Shown here one piece after another: positions 13,000-24,469 of a stretch of 64,000 nucleotides of DNA. Position numbers and translations under genes: made by a program. Position 1 is the first letter of the stretch. Every line of letters begins with the position of its first letter. The DNA is taken from positions 248,001 through 312,000 of the forward strand of contig CDRNVU010001290.1 of the NCBI GenBank assembly GCA_977017645.1, given 5' to 3'. The notes under the pieces are model-generated. The model was not told where the DNA came from, did no database searches, and saw only the letters and a program-made list of their open reading frames with translations. The DNA comes from Torpedo marmorata (Eukaryota).

Positions 13000-13930
13000 G
13001 ATTCTGGCACAGGGAAAGTGCAGTGGGTCCATGTCTTTTCTTATGTGCAAGTTAATTCTGGGCATGCCGCCCCTCTCCAAACATCTCGTTGGAGAATATA
13101 TGAGCGCCCCTGGTTCATACAGCACTTCATGGGCACGGGTATGATTCATGACCGTATGCAGCACGTGGGAACCTTCGGTTGTGGTATTGAGATGTGCAAA
13201 ATGTCCGTGAACACTTTAGCCCGTGGGTTGGTATAGATGTTGAGGATCTTTACAGGTTCCCCATCAGCGCCAGTCACCTTGTGAGACTTCACCCTCTTGA
13301 TGGATGTTCTGATGTTCGCCTCTGAACCCGCTATGTCAGAGTCTCCAGCTACTGCGGGGATTTTCATTTGTACGTGTGAATTCTCCTGTTCAAATCGATC
13401 AGTAAAATATATTCAGTTTGTCTGGGAGTGAAGCATCACAGATATTTATAACGCTCGACTCCGCTTTGTAGGAAGTACTGGCCTGCAAGCTCTGTCTTAG
13501 CTGGCGAGTATTTGATGCTTTTTGCTGTTAAGCTAACTTTCCTTCGGTCATCTCTGAACTTCATGTACAAATCTGCATCACTGGTCATAAAGCCATTGGC
13601 CTAGCCTTTACGCTGATAGTTGCTTGGTTCATACAGACCTTTTGGTTAGGGTACTTCCGATATGTAAACGTGGGCACGCACAGATCAATAGATGTCCTGA
13701 TGAAGTCCGTGACATCTGTCGCATATTCAATCAAATTTAAATATGAATCCTTGAATATGGTGCAGTCCACTGAATCAAGGCAGTCATGAACGCTTTCCTC
13801 CCACAACCTGACCTTTATTTCACCGTCTTAGGCGCAGTTGTATCCTCGGTTAGTTCAGTATCGTATGAGAAAATAGGGACAAAATCGGCAGAATGTTTAA
13901 GAAAAGATATATTAATGGAATGAAATTGTG
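13000..13930 (-). mobile_element. Rex1/Babar-type LINE fragment (endonuclease-RT linker)
   Basis: Minus frames: DCLDSVDCTIFKDS...YATDVTDFIRT...YPNQK and KRVKSHKVTGADG...VFTDILHISI. Confidence 0.75.
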
Positions 13931-14129
13931 AACGATTGCAAACTCGTGTCTTACGTTCCTTGATAGTAAAGAAAATGTAACAACCTTATAAATATTGGAT
14001 TGATTCTTGAGCCCAGAGGAGCTGAACAAATTTGTTAATTTACATTGGTACAGTATCCGCCTCAAAAATGTCCTCCGACACCCTAATCTACACTCACCAC
14101 TGTCTCCGTAAAAACGTTACCCTCACTCC

Positions 14130-14460
14130 CCACTTGAACCATTTTCCCGATACTAATTGATTCCCGGGCTCTGGTTTCAAGACTTTCTGAATTCATCCGA
14201 TCTTTTTCTGCCATGATTTTTTACACCTCGCTGAGATCACCCTTCATCCTCCTGCAACCTAAGCAATAAAGCTTTTGCCCGGTCAGACTCTCCCAGTAGC
14301 TCAGGTGTCCGAGCCCTGGCAGCATCTTCCCATGTCCACTCCAACTTGACAACGTGTTTCCTGCAGCACCGTGAGATAAACTGATTACATTCCTCCGAAC
14401 GGGTCCGAACCAATGTCTTGTAAAACTGTAAGATGGCCTCTCTTCCTCTATACTCAATAT
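14130..14460 (-). mobile_element. Degenerate CR1 3' ORF2 fragment
   Basis: MLPGLGHLSYWESL...RRMKGDLSEV on the minus strand. Confidence 0.7.
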
Positions 14461-14609
14461 AGTTATTGGTGAAAAACTAGGTGTCGACAGACTTTTCTGC
14501 CCGAGACGCAATTTTAGAATTACTGTGAATCTGGACGTCGAGGTCGCTCTGCTCTGCCGCAGTCCCCAGAACCCAACCATTCACTGTGTAGGTCCTGCCG
14601 ACATAAGAC

Positions 14610-14742
14610 CCCTTTCCTATTCACTCCAGCCGAAACGTCCACTGTATTTTACTTTCTGTGGGTGCTGCGTGACATGGTGAATTTCTTCGACTCTTATGTT
14701 CCTGCACTGGGTTCCACTATCTGCAGATTTTCTTGCTTAACT
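14610..14742 (+). mobile_element. Penelope-like 3' terminal remnant
   Basis: ccgaaacgtccactg...gctgcgtgac...tctgcagattttcttgct matches the PLE end at 28157-28300. Confidence 0.55.
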
Positions 14743-15237
14743 TCATGTGAGTTGATGTGGTCCCGTCTTTCAAAGATCACAGATCGATGACACGGGTGTA
14801 AATAACTATTTCTATCGCAATAAGAACTCTTCTCAGCCAATGTATAAAACCGACGCATCCTGATAACAGTTTGCCTGGATTTTACAGGAGGATCTAGCAT
14901 TTATTTTGGTCTCTTGAAAACATGACACATGCGCAGTATCCAAACACCCTGCCATTCATTACAAGGCACAGCGGATTTTATATTTGAAAGATATAGAATA
15001 AAATTATCAAAATAAAGTTTTACTAAAGCTGCTCAAACATAATGAAACAGAATGGTGCTTGCCACGCCATCCTCCAAACACCATTAAAGTAAGATGCTTG
15101 CATTATCCATGGAAACGTTAACTGTATTATAAAGCGACATAATTCTAAAAATAGTTCATTCTAATTGTTTATTTCGTGGCTCGAATCTAATGTGATTGAA
15201 CATTATCCTCATGGGCTGAATAAATTTCTCACTGGAG

Positions 15238-15244
15238 TATAAAA
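15238..15244 (+). promoter_or_regulatory. TATA box of paralog B
   Basis: TATAAAA ends 51 nt upstream of the exon-1 ATG, which has a good Kozak context (gaacATGg). Confidence 0.6.
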
Positions 15245-15294
15245 GTCCCCTGAACCAATGCATGCGGCCACTTGATCGACACGGCGGGCAGAAC

Positions 15295-15364
15295 ATGGGA
15301 TATCCAGCAATTTACCAGATAGTCAGAATTTATTATCCCGGACTGGCAGCGGTCGGCATTCCGG
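15295..15364 (+). CDS. GPCR paralog B, coding exon 1 (MGYPAIYQIVRIYYPGLAAVGIP + G)
   Basis: ATG at 15295, 23 codons plus 1 nt, donor G|GTAAGG at 15365. Phase 1 joins exon 2 in frame (G+TT = Val). YYPxLAxxGIP is the family TM1 start. Confidence 0.88.
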
Positions 15365-15769
15365 GTAAGGTGCGAGATGACGGCGATAAGTGTGGCTCAG
15401 TATTTACTTTGTGCTTGCTGCAACCATGAATTTTGTCTGTTGCATTTAGTTGAGTACAAATTAAATTACCACAAAATGCCAAGTGGAAACCTAGATATTA
15501 TATGTAAAAACGGTCGAGAAGTGAATATTCACATTTGTAGTTTATGCAATGTAAATTAATATTTTAATCGCGCATTCAGATATTTTGGCTAAACCATATT
15601 CATCGTCTTTATTCCGGCACGTGATCAGTGCTCAATGAAGATGCAAATATATCTGCCAACGCTCTTGCAATATTTAACGGCACAGAAGTTAACTCTCTCC
15701 GTTACAGCTGGCCACTACGCAGAGATTTATCTACTGCCATCCGTTTTAAGCGTTCCAGAACCACTGCTT

Positions 15770-16053
15770 AAATTTTAAATTTAAATTTAAATAATTTTTT
15801 TAATTTGAATGTAGTCATACGGCAAGGTAACAAGTCATTTCGGTCCACAAGCCCGTGCCGCCCAATTACACCCAATCAAACTACAACCCAGATACGTTTC
15901 GAACGGTGGGAGGAAACCGAAGCACCCAGGGAAAACCCACGCAGACACGGGGAGAATGCACAAACGTATTACAGACTGCGCTGGATTTGAACCCAGCCCC
16001 CGATCGCTGGCTCTGTAACAGTGTTTCGCTAACCGCTACGCTAACCGTGCCGC
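15770..16053 (-). mobile_element. V-SINE (HE1-like) in the intron of paralog B
   Basis: tRNA-like head gcggcacggttagcgtagcgg...ggttcaaatcc, V-domain TTCTCCCCGTGTCTGCGTGGGTTT and a (TTTAAA)n-like tail. Confidence 0.87.
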
Positions 16054-17244
16054 TTCTGTAGCATAGATGTTTCAGGACATTTCGATACGTTCCCAAAAAT
16101 CGAGGTCTTCCTCGGTGGCAAGTATAGATAATAAATATAGGTGGAATAGCTCACTCATTCCCTGTTGCTCCACAGTAAGAGTATATCTTAATCCTTTAGG
16201 GGATCTATTATTTCCACAGTTAATAATTTTCATTAAATATATTTGAAGAATATCGGGATTCTCTTTAAATATACCGGCAAGATTTCCTTGACATTATAAC
16301 TTCCTTCTAAACTTAGCTGAGCGACAAATGTTCTTCTTTGAAAAACGGGAAATGATGAGTTAAGATTCAGAATATATGATTGAATTTTAGAATCGGTTTT
16401 CGTCTGCCAGATCAACAATTTTACTTTCAACGACAGCAATGGAAATGCCTTGGATATTTGAAGAGCAGGAAGGGGAGGACGACAGACCACGCAACTGCCG
16501 TATTTATGAGGGAGGGGAAGAAATGGTTAGTAAATTAAAATCACGAGTTTCCACATACAATAGGACCTCAAATGGAGCCAGGACATCCCTAAAACCGTGC
16601 AATTGATACTCCAATGCGTCTACATTCAGATCAGTCTCAGGAAAATACTACAGCGTGCATCCCAAGGTGGAATGTGAAAAATCTGCTGAGATTCTTCAAA
16701 TTTTATAGTCAAATAAATTGATTTCAATTATAAGCACACTTGTTGAAATTGATTTCAAATATATACACACTCTCTGCGCGCTTAAGCTAAATTAAAGCAC
16801 GATAATTCCATGAAGAGTAGCAAAGTTCTAACAGACCACTGAACTGCAAGTATCACAGTCCAGAATTTACCAAAGCATTAGGCGGACGGAGCTAAAGATA
16901 TAAATCGTTCCAGATATAAATTTATCCGGAGCCCTTTTCAATGTTGAACAGAATTACCCAAGAACACCCTACCCTCATTTAAATAAACGACAATGTTTAC
17001 TTTCCTCCTTCTCTGATGATGTCACGGGGTGTAACTGACGAGGTGTCACCTGTGATTCGCTGCAAGTGTGTCAGTCTGATCAGTGATCCGCATTCCATCT
17101 CTGTCATAGCCGCTGGGCTGATAACCTGACTGCGACCTGAGGCAACGGCCCGATCAGGCAACTGTTCTGACCCTGCACATAAAGTCACACAAATCAAACC
17201 TGAACACATGTTGAAATAACATTTTATTTTGTCATTTCTTTCAG

Positions 17245-18113
17245 TTACCTTGACGACCATTGTGATCCTGTCACGTGGAAATTGTGGTCTCTCCAAATGC
17301 ATCACTCGCTACCTAGTGGCCATGGCGGCAGCTGATCTCACGGTGGTTATAGTTGCGATTATCATGCAGCAGATTAATTATATTTATTTATTCGCGAAGT
17401 TCATGTTAGAAACTCCATTCTGTGCTGTGACACTTGTCCTGCAAAATGTAACTTCGCACTGTTCCGTTTGGTTCATGGTTGCTTTCACTTTCGATCGCTA
17501 CGTCGCCATCTGCTGTGAGAAGCTGCGGCAACAATACTGCACCGAGAGAACGGCGACTGTGGTGCTCATAACAGTGACTGCAGTGAGCGGTGCTCTGTCT
17601 GTTCCATTTTATATGGCAGTGGATCCACGGCGCTGCGTCGTCACGGATCAGTACATGACCTCACCCGTGTGGGCATCATACCAGCTATTTGTCCATATCA
17701 TGACCCCGTTATTACCAATCGGTTTAATTGTACTGTTTAATGCAATAACCATCAGGTATATTATAGCGGCAAATAGAGTTAGACGGGACCTCCGGTGCAG
17801 CGATGAGAAGGATCCAGAGGTGAAGAAACGGAGAAAGTCAATGATTTTGTTGTGCGCACTTTCTGCCAATTTCATTTTACTCTGGATGCCCCAGGTGGTA
17901 CATTCTACTCAATGGCAAAAGCAAAATTATTTCTATGCTGACAGATATTTCAGCACCCCGATATATATCCTGCAACAGTGTGGATTTATGTTAAGGATGC
18001 TCAGTACCTGCACGAACTCGTGTATCTATGCACTGACACAACGGAAATTCAGGGAGGAGCTGACTAATGGGGTGAAATATGTGTTGACATTTAATAGTCA
18101 GCTCCGTAAATGA
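17245..18113 (+). CDS. GPCR paralog B, exon 2 (spliced product 312 aa)
   Basis: Acceptor tttctttcAG ending at 17244; uninterrupted 7TM ORF with AAAD, FDRYVAIC, LWMP, NSCIY and FREEL; close paralog of A. Confidence 0.94.
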
Positions 18114-18282
18114 AATACAAGACCGATTATCTCGTTACTGAGGATGCAGGAACGTATTTCGAAGACATCGATTCAAAACATTTTTGAAGGAAGAGATGTC
18201 CGCAATTAAACAGGCTCCGCTTTTATCTCATCCTTACTATCTTTTGTCCGTTGCTGGTCATTTACTGGAAGTAAATATCACA

Positions 18283-18288
18283 AATAAA
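18283..18288 (+). terminator. Candidate polyadenylation signal of paralog B
   Basis: AATAAA 170 nt after the stop codon; motif only. Confidence 0.35.
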
Positions 18289-18297
18289 ATCACCTGC

Positions 18298-19014
18298 NNN
18301 NNNNNNNNNNNNNNNNNNNNNNNNNNNNNNNNNNNNNNNNNNNNNNNNNNNNNNNNNNNNNNNNNNNNNNNNNNNNNNNNNNNNNNNNNNNNNNNNNNNN
18401 NNNNNNNNNNNNNNNNNNNNNNNNNNNNNNNNNNNNNNNNNNNNNNNGATATTATTGGCGATATTCTCTTACTATAAATTTGAATGTATTGCCAATACAA
18501 TCTGCTGCATTTCATTTTAAATATATATAATANNNNNNNNNNNNNNNNNNNNNNNNNNNNNNNNNNNNNNNNNNNNNNNNNNNNNNNNNNNNNNNNNNNN
18601 NNNNNNNNNNNNNNNNNNNNNNNNNNNNNNNNNNNNNNNNNNNNNNNNNNNNNNNNNNNNNNNNNNNNNNNNNNNNNNNNNNNNNNNNNNNNNNNNNNNN
18701 NNNNNNNNNNNNNNNNNNNAAATACTCGGCACCAATTGAACAAAACACCACTGTCTACCATTAACACCTAATTTGACTCACATACCAGACCCCTTACTAT
18801 ATAACCGAGGTATCCCTTACAGCAACTACCCCTGAAGAGTGGAAAGATCCACGAAACAAGCTTGTCGGGCACATGTGAGTAGTGNNNNNNNNNNNNNNNN
18901 NNNNNNNNNNNNNNNNNNNNNNNNNNNNNNNNNNNNNNNNNNNNNNNNNNNNNNNNNNNNNNNNNNNNNNNNNNNNNNNNNNNNNNNNNNNNNNNNNNNN
19001 NNNNNNNNNNNNNN
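18298..19014. other. Three N gaps (18298-18447, 18533-18718, 18885-19014)
   Basis: Runs of n in the sequence. Confidence 0.98.
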
Positions 19015-19063
19015 ATGTATTTCCATTGATCTGCAGCAGATTTTATTGGCAATACATTCAAAT
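18478..19063. repeat. 32-bp inverted repeat pair (18478-18509 / 19032-19063)
   Basis: ATTTGAATGTATTGCCAATACAATCTGCTGCA versus the reverse complement of TGCAGCAGATTTTATTGGCAATACATTCAAAT: 31/32 identical. Confidence 0.9.
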
Positions 19064-19159
19064 GTTGGATAAGAAATGTGTTGCATGAAACTTGCATGAC
19101 ATGTACATATTTAAGCTGTTAAGTATCCGCGCTGAAAATGTAAACCTCATGTTGATACC

Positions 19160-19302
19160 ATTCCTTGAAGAAGGACACATGCCTGAAACGTCGGCAATAT
19201 ATATTTGTCTCCAATAGGCGCTGAAAAGACTGGCTGAGTTCCTCCAGAATTTCGGTGTGTTTTACTACAATTAGAGCGACTGAAGACTTTCGTGTTTCAC
19301 TC
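19160..19302 (+). mobile_element. Solo Penelope-like 3' end with a hammerhead-like motif
   Basis: ccTTGAAGA-agg...cct-GAAACGTCgg followed by gctgagttcctccag...gactttcgtgtttcactc. Confidence 0.7.
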
Positions 19303-20242
19303 CTTTGATATTATACGTCCAACAGCATAAATAATTAAGTACAGGACAAAGTAGACAATCGGTGTTACGCCACGATTCCCTTTGAAAACAACTGGCAGTC
19401 AATTACCAATGGAGCCCATAGTTCAGGGAAAGTTCACGGAACATGTGGGGAGAAGTCAGTGGAGGCTGTTTCTGTCAACGCTCGATTACACCCCAAAGTA
19501 TACCCGGCTTTTTCGGTCTCTCCATGTATATGAGGTCGCCTTATGTGCTGTTCTCGCGACAAAAATCTCCATAAACAGATGGAACATCATTTCACTTTTC
19601 AAACGCACATCCACGTCATGTAATGGCAAAGACCTTTTTTTTCTGGGAAAAGAATCCAAATCGACTCGTCCGAGCACAATAATGACTGTGACGATATTGA
19701 TCATCCAGTGTCTAACGTATCCATGAAATTCAATGAACATCAAATGAATTATTCTACTATAGAGAAAGAATAATTGTCCCTTGTACTGGCTTTTCAGCAT
19801 TTTGATGTTTACATCTGCACAGCTCGGGTACTATTTGTTGTGTATACTGACCATAATCCCTCAGTGCTCTTGAGTAAAATGAAAAAAAAATAGACGATTG
19901 TTAAACTGGAGTTTAATACTGCGGGAAGATGATTTAATGATAACTCATATTAAATAGAAGGATAATGTAATTGCTGATTGCCTTTTAAAATGTTAAGTTT
20001 GCAACGTTGATGGAAATGTTATATTTGTCTGTATTATATCATGTAACAATAGTGAATGTGATATATTTAACATTGTAGGTTGCAGTTAATCTTTTGCTCT
20101 TAAAGGTTAAAGCGGGAGGTATTACAAGCTCACATTTCATTTAGTAACCACACTTTAAGGGCTAACATAGGCTGCAAACCTTTCACAGTAAAACCTTTCA
20201 CAGCTCAAGGACAGAAAGGCACCGTCAAGTAGAAAAATTACT

Positions 20243-20929
20243 AAATTTAATCCGACATTATCAGGTTTATGTTTTAGATGTAATAAAGAGGAAGGGTCTT
20301 TTGTACATTGTACATGGTTTTGTCCAAAAGTTTATGATTTTTGGTTGAAAGTTAAAAAAAAATTAGATAAAGTATTTAAGATTACATTTCCAATGGATCC
20401 TATGATATTTTTGTTTGGAGATATTAGAAAATTTAGTATTAAGATGAAATTAAATATGTATCAGATAGAATTTTTGCGAATTGCTTTAGCTGTTTCAAAG
20501 AAATGTATTACTTGGAAATCTGATTTAGATTTAGGATTAGAAAGATGGCATGCAGAACTTCGTTCATGCATACCACTTGAAAAAAGTACTTATAATTTAC
20601 GTAATAAATATCATTTCTTTTTAAAAATTTGGAGCTGTTGGTTTAAGGATTTGAAGATCTCTAGATATCGGATCTGCTGGCACACTTAACCTCCATAATA
20701 GAATTAGTTTATAGATTGGCATTCCCCTTACTCTATCTTTTTCTTTTTTTTTCTTCTTCTTTTTCTATTTTTATTTTTTATTATTTTTTTTTATTAGATT
20801 AGTGGGGTTGGGAGGGTTGGGGAAGGGAGGGAGGGAGGGGGGTGAAATTGTATCACAAATAATTTGATAATTTTATATTCCATTTTATGTATTTTGTGAT
20901 TTAAAATTTTAAATAAAATATTTAAAAAA
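20243..20929 (+). mobile_element. 5'-truncated L1 inserted in the Gypsy LTR
   Basis: CFRC...HCTWFC, KKCITWK, CIPLEK..Y; AATAAA plus A-tail; 16-bp TSD AAGTAGAAA(A/C)ATTACT at 20227-20242 and 20930-20945; same subfamily as 5675-6599. Confidence 0.92.
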
Positions 20930-21518
20930 AAGTAGAAACATTACTCAAAGTTGATACTTTGGGAGAAGAAAAAAACAATGTTGTTTATATCGGAGAAACA
21001 AATGGTGAGTGAGACATATGATTGAAAGTCATGCGATTGGGATACTTGAAGGAGCAGGATTGATTAAGGAGCAAGCAGAGATATGCAATAAACAAATGTG
21101 GGGTGACGTTTTGTGAAATGGACACTTTTGCTGGTTCTACTTGTCAAGAGAATTATTGACCCACCGTAACCATTGCAATGTTCATTGTTATTGACCCATA
21201 TCTGGGTAAAGGAAGCAGGAGGATTCCTGAATTTGGATCGTGAACATTCTGATGGTCATTTCGTTTGACCCGTGCCTGGCTTTTTGTATATCGTGGAAGT
21301 CCCACGTTTCATTTCCCCTACGCAAGGAAGAGAGGAGTTGTGGCAACAATTCGTATGAAAAGACATTTCTCTGGAGGCAACTGTAAGGATTCGTGAGTTT
21401 CGACAGTCTGATCAAACAGTACATCAGTTTAAAAGTATACGTTTCAACACAAGATTCCTAAAACTGAATTTTGAATTGACTTTCCAGAATTGTGCCTAAG
21501 CTGTAATGGTTTGGGGTA

Positions 21519-21562
<44 letters not shown>

Positions 21563-21588
21563 ACGCACACACACATACACACACACAT
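21519..21588. repeat. (CA)n microsatellite within the LTR
   Basis: Direct CA run with a few interruptions. Confidence 0.95.
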
Positions 21589-21829
21589 ATGTATATTCGT
21601 GCATAGTTGTGGTTAAGTTAACTAATGTGTTATTATTAATAGTTATTAATACATATATTGTTTTAAAATAACACTGTCTGTGTGAATTTATATTGCTGCT
21701 TGTCTGCGACGTAACAGCAGAAATACTGCAGATCCTGGAATATTGATCAAATTAAAAGCTTCGAGTGTCTGGTGATGGAACGCACGAAAGCGGACCTCCC
21801 AGAGATACTGCACCAGTTTCAATTCATCT

Positions 21830-22625
21830 ACAGATGTGACCGTTCAACTGATGATGCAAGAGCCTTGTCCGTCCTCTCTTCCCTGTTCCACCTGGAGAAG
21901 GACGTCCATACGCCTATTTGATGCTTATTGACTGTAGCTCAGCGTTAAACACGATTATGCCCCAGAGACTCGTGGAGAAGTTGTCATCCCTGGAACGCAA
22001 CACTCCTCTCTGTAATAGACAGACCACAGTCTGTCTGGGTCGGTATCAGAACGTCGAACACCGTCACCCTGAGCACTGGCGCACCACAAGGTTGCGTGCT
22101 CAGCCCGCTCTTCTTAACACTACTGACCCACGACTGCATCGCCAGATCCTGCTCAAACAGAGCCATTAGATGTTCAGATGACATGAGAGCAGTTAGCCTC
22201 ATCAGCAGCAAAAATGATACGTCCGACCGGGAAGAGGTGGAACCTCTACTGAAATGGTGCGTGAATAACAACCCGAGTTACAACGTATATAAGTCGAAGG
22301 AGATGATTGTGGACTTCAGACTGCGGCACGGTTGCTGTAGAGCATCAGATAGGAGGTCAATATACAGTACCTTGAGAGCAGCAGAGGGGTCACAAAGGTT
22401 ACCCTCTCCCCTTTACCGGGATCGTTGGCTGAAGAGAGCTCGCAAAATCATTGAGGACTCTTACAACCCTGCTCACTTCATCTTTCTCGTAGGGAAACAT
22501 ATATAGGATTATGAGAGCCATCACCACCAGGCTGATAAATACCCGATTCCCACGGGCAGTGTGACTGCACAACGACTGAGGAACTTCTCACACAAACACT
22601 CCGTGATTCAACTATTTATTTATCA
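21830..22625 (+). mobile_element. Degenerate Rex1/Babar-type LINE RT fragment
   Basis: LIDCSSALNTIMP, GAPQGCVLSP, LLTHDC, SDD, KSKEMIVDFR. Confidence 0.85.
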
Positions 22626-22639
22626 AATACTATGTGTCT

Positions 22640-24090
22640 CATGTGTCCACATCTATGTTATGTCTGAAACAGCCCAAGCACATAACATTGAGCTGCCAAT
22701 CCTTCCCCTCCTGCAACCAGTCACATTAATTACCATAACCATTCTTCCAGGTTTTAATCCACGCTCTAAGCTCGTTTGACGTTCCTCCATACTTCCTGCT
22801 TTGAAATAGATTCAACTCAGAACATTGTTCCCACTAAGCACTTCATCTTGATTCGCAACTCTGTATGCAGGCATTGTATCCATTACCAGTCCAACACCGG
22901 CCATGGCAGTCTGGCTGCGAACCCATTGAAAATCTAGTTTAAGAGCCCCAAAAAGCACCAGCAAGACTCCAGTGCTGACGCAAACAGTCCCGCTGGCAGA
23001 GCCCCAACCTTCCCTTGATTAGAGTCCAATGATCAAGACGTCTAAAGACGCCCCCACACCGCGTATATCTTTAGCTACAGATTAAGTTGCATTATCCTCC
23101 TATTTATAATGTCACTCACACGTAACACGGGTAGGAATACTGAGAAAAGAAGGCTGGCCGTTCTGTCCTTTGACTTGGAGCCGAACGAGCTGAACTGATT
23201 AAGCAGAACTTCATCTTCCTTTCTCTATACGTCACACAACATTGTTTTTGCTGACGTTCCGTCTTGAGGGTTCAGCGGACATGTTCCGAGACATCACGGA
23301 TACCAGAATCTGGGAAGGAGCTTTCTTTCGGGCAATCTCGATCTCGTCCACAGGTCCTCTATGTATTCCCATTCCCAACACCACTGAATTACCTGTCACA
23401 GCAGGTATCCCCTTCTCCTCCTTTTCCTTCTGAGACACAGGATCAGACTCGAGCCAGACCTCTGACCGCTGTGCCCTGTCCTTGGTAAGTCGTTCCCCTC
23501 AACATTATGCAGAACCAGTTGAATCCTGCGATATCGGCGTAACCACGTGCTCAAAAGTAATTTAAGACGTTTGAAGCTTCCCGGATGATCCCTAGTTCAT
23601 CCAACACCAGCTCCATTTCCTGAATACGGGCATTCAATAGATAGTGTTGCTGCATTTCCCGCAGGTGTAGTCACCATGGAATATATCAGATTCCATGAAT
23701 TCCTACATCCTACAGGAGGAGCATTCCACCCCCATACCTATCACTACTCCTGTACTGCACTGCGGTTACCAACACCAAATCAGAAACAACTTAGTGAAGG
23801 CACTTATCCTTATCAACTGCTTAGTCCTCACGATCTACTCCCCGATGTTCTTTTACCCACAGCAGCAGCTCCCCACTCCTACGTTCGGCCACTTGAGCCA
23901 AGGCCTCATCTCTCTATACTTACACTGGGAATCGCACAAGATGGCCACTCCACAATGGCCGCTTTGCTTGGTTTCTCTTCCCTTATTGGCTTCAGTCAAT
24001 TAGCCAGTCGAGAAATCTAAACAAGCACCTACCTTCCCCAGTGTTTTAAATAATCCTCTTGTTCCAAGTCCCACTCTTGCAGTTTCCGAT
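22640..24090 (-). mobile_element. Degenerate CR1 5' part (5'UTR, ORF1, endonuclease start)
   Basis: Minus strand resembles the CR1 ORF1 zinc-finger region (dYTCGKC...ELVLDEL), the esterase region and the endonuclease start. Confidence 0.6.
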
Positions 24091-24469
24091 TAGAAACGTA
24101 CAAGCACCAACCTTTCCCGGTGCGTATTAAACCGTCCTCTTCTCATTCCAAGTGCTGCTGTCGGAGTTACCGGCGAGAAACCACCAAGACCTCACCTTTC
24201 CCGTTGCCTTTTCAAGGCAAAGCATCTGAAATTTTCAAATCCATGTACCCGCCCAATTTCATTTTTAACACTGACATTTTACGGAATTCCATGCTTCGTC
24301 CAGCAGATTGCTCCAGAAAATAGTAGGCCACTGCGTTGAAAAGATGACCGTCAAGGAAATATAAAATCTGTGCTCTTTTACGTAAAACCATTACACATAG
24401 GAGAAGACGTAGACTATTCGTCCAATCGTGACCGCTCCACGATTCCATAACGAGCTGATTCATTCACCC

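Larger units (their letters stand above)
19675..21716 (+). mobile_element. Ty3/Gypsy (Gmr1-like) LTR retrotransposon 3' end: RNase H, PPT and 3' LTR
   Basis: DIDHPV...KFNEHQMNYSTIEKE*L...VYTDHNP...RLLNWSLIL...DNVIADCL then TAA at 19994-19996; purine tract AAAGCGGGAGG at 20109-20119; LTR from T(A)TTAC at 20120 to GTAACA at 21716. Confidence 0.8.

Noticed and set aside
15980-16053. tRNA genes at the SINE heads
   Set aside because: The A/B-box-like heads are fused to V-domain and LINE-derived tails and lack a complete cloverleaf.
17229-17244. ORF-track N-termini of paralog B (MSFLS) and paralog C (MFLCSSSLLFILT, 42347)
   Set aside because: These are intronic pyrimidine tracts upstream of AG acceptors; proper first exons exist upstream.
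18184-19097. ORFs spanning X runs (also 40438-41060)
   Set aside because: Artefacts of translating N gaps.
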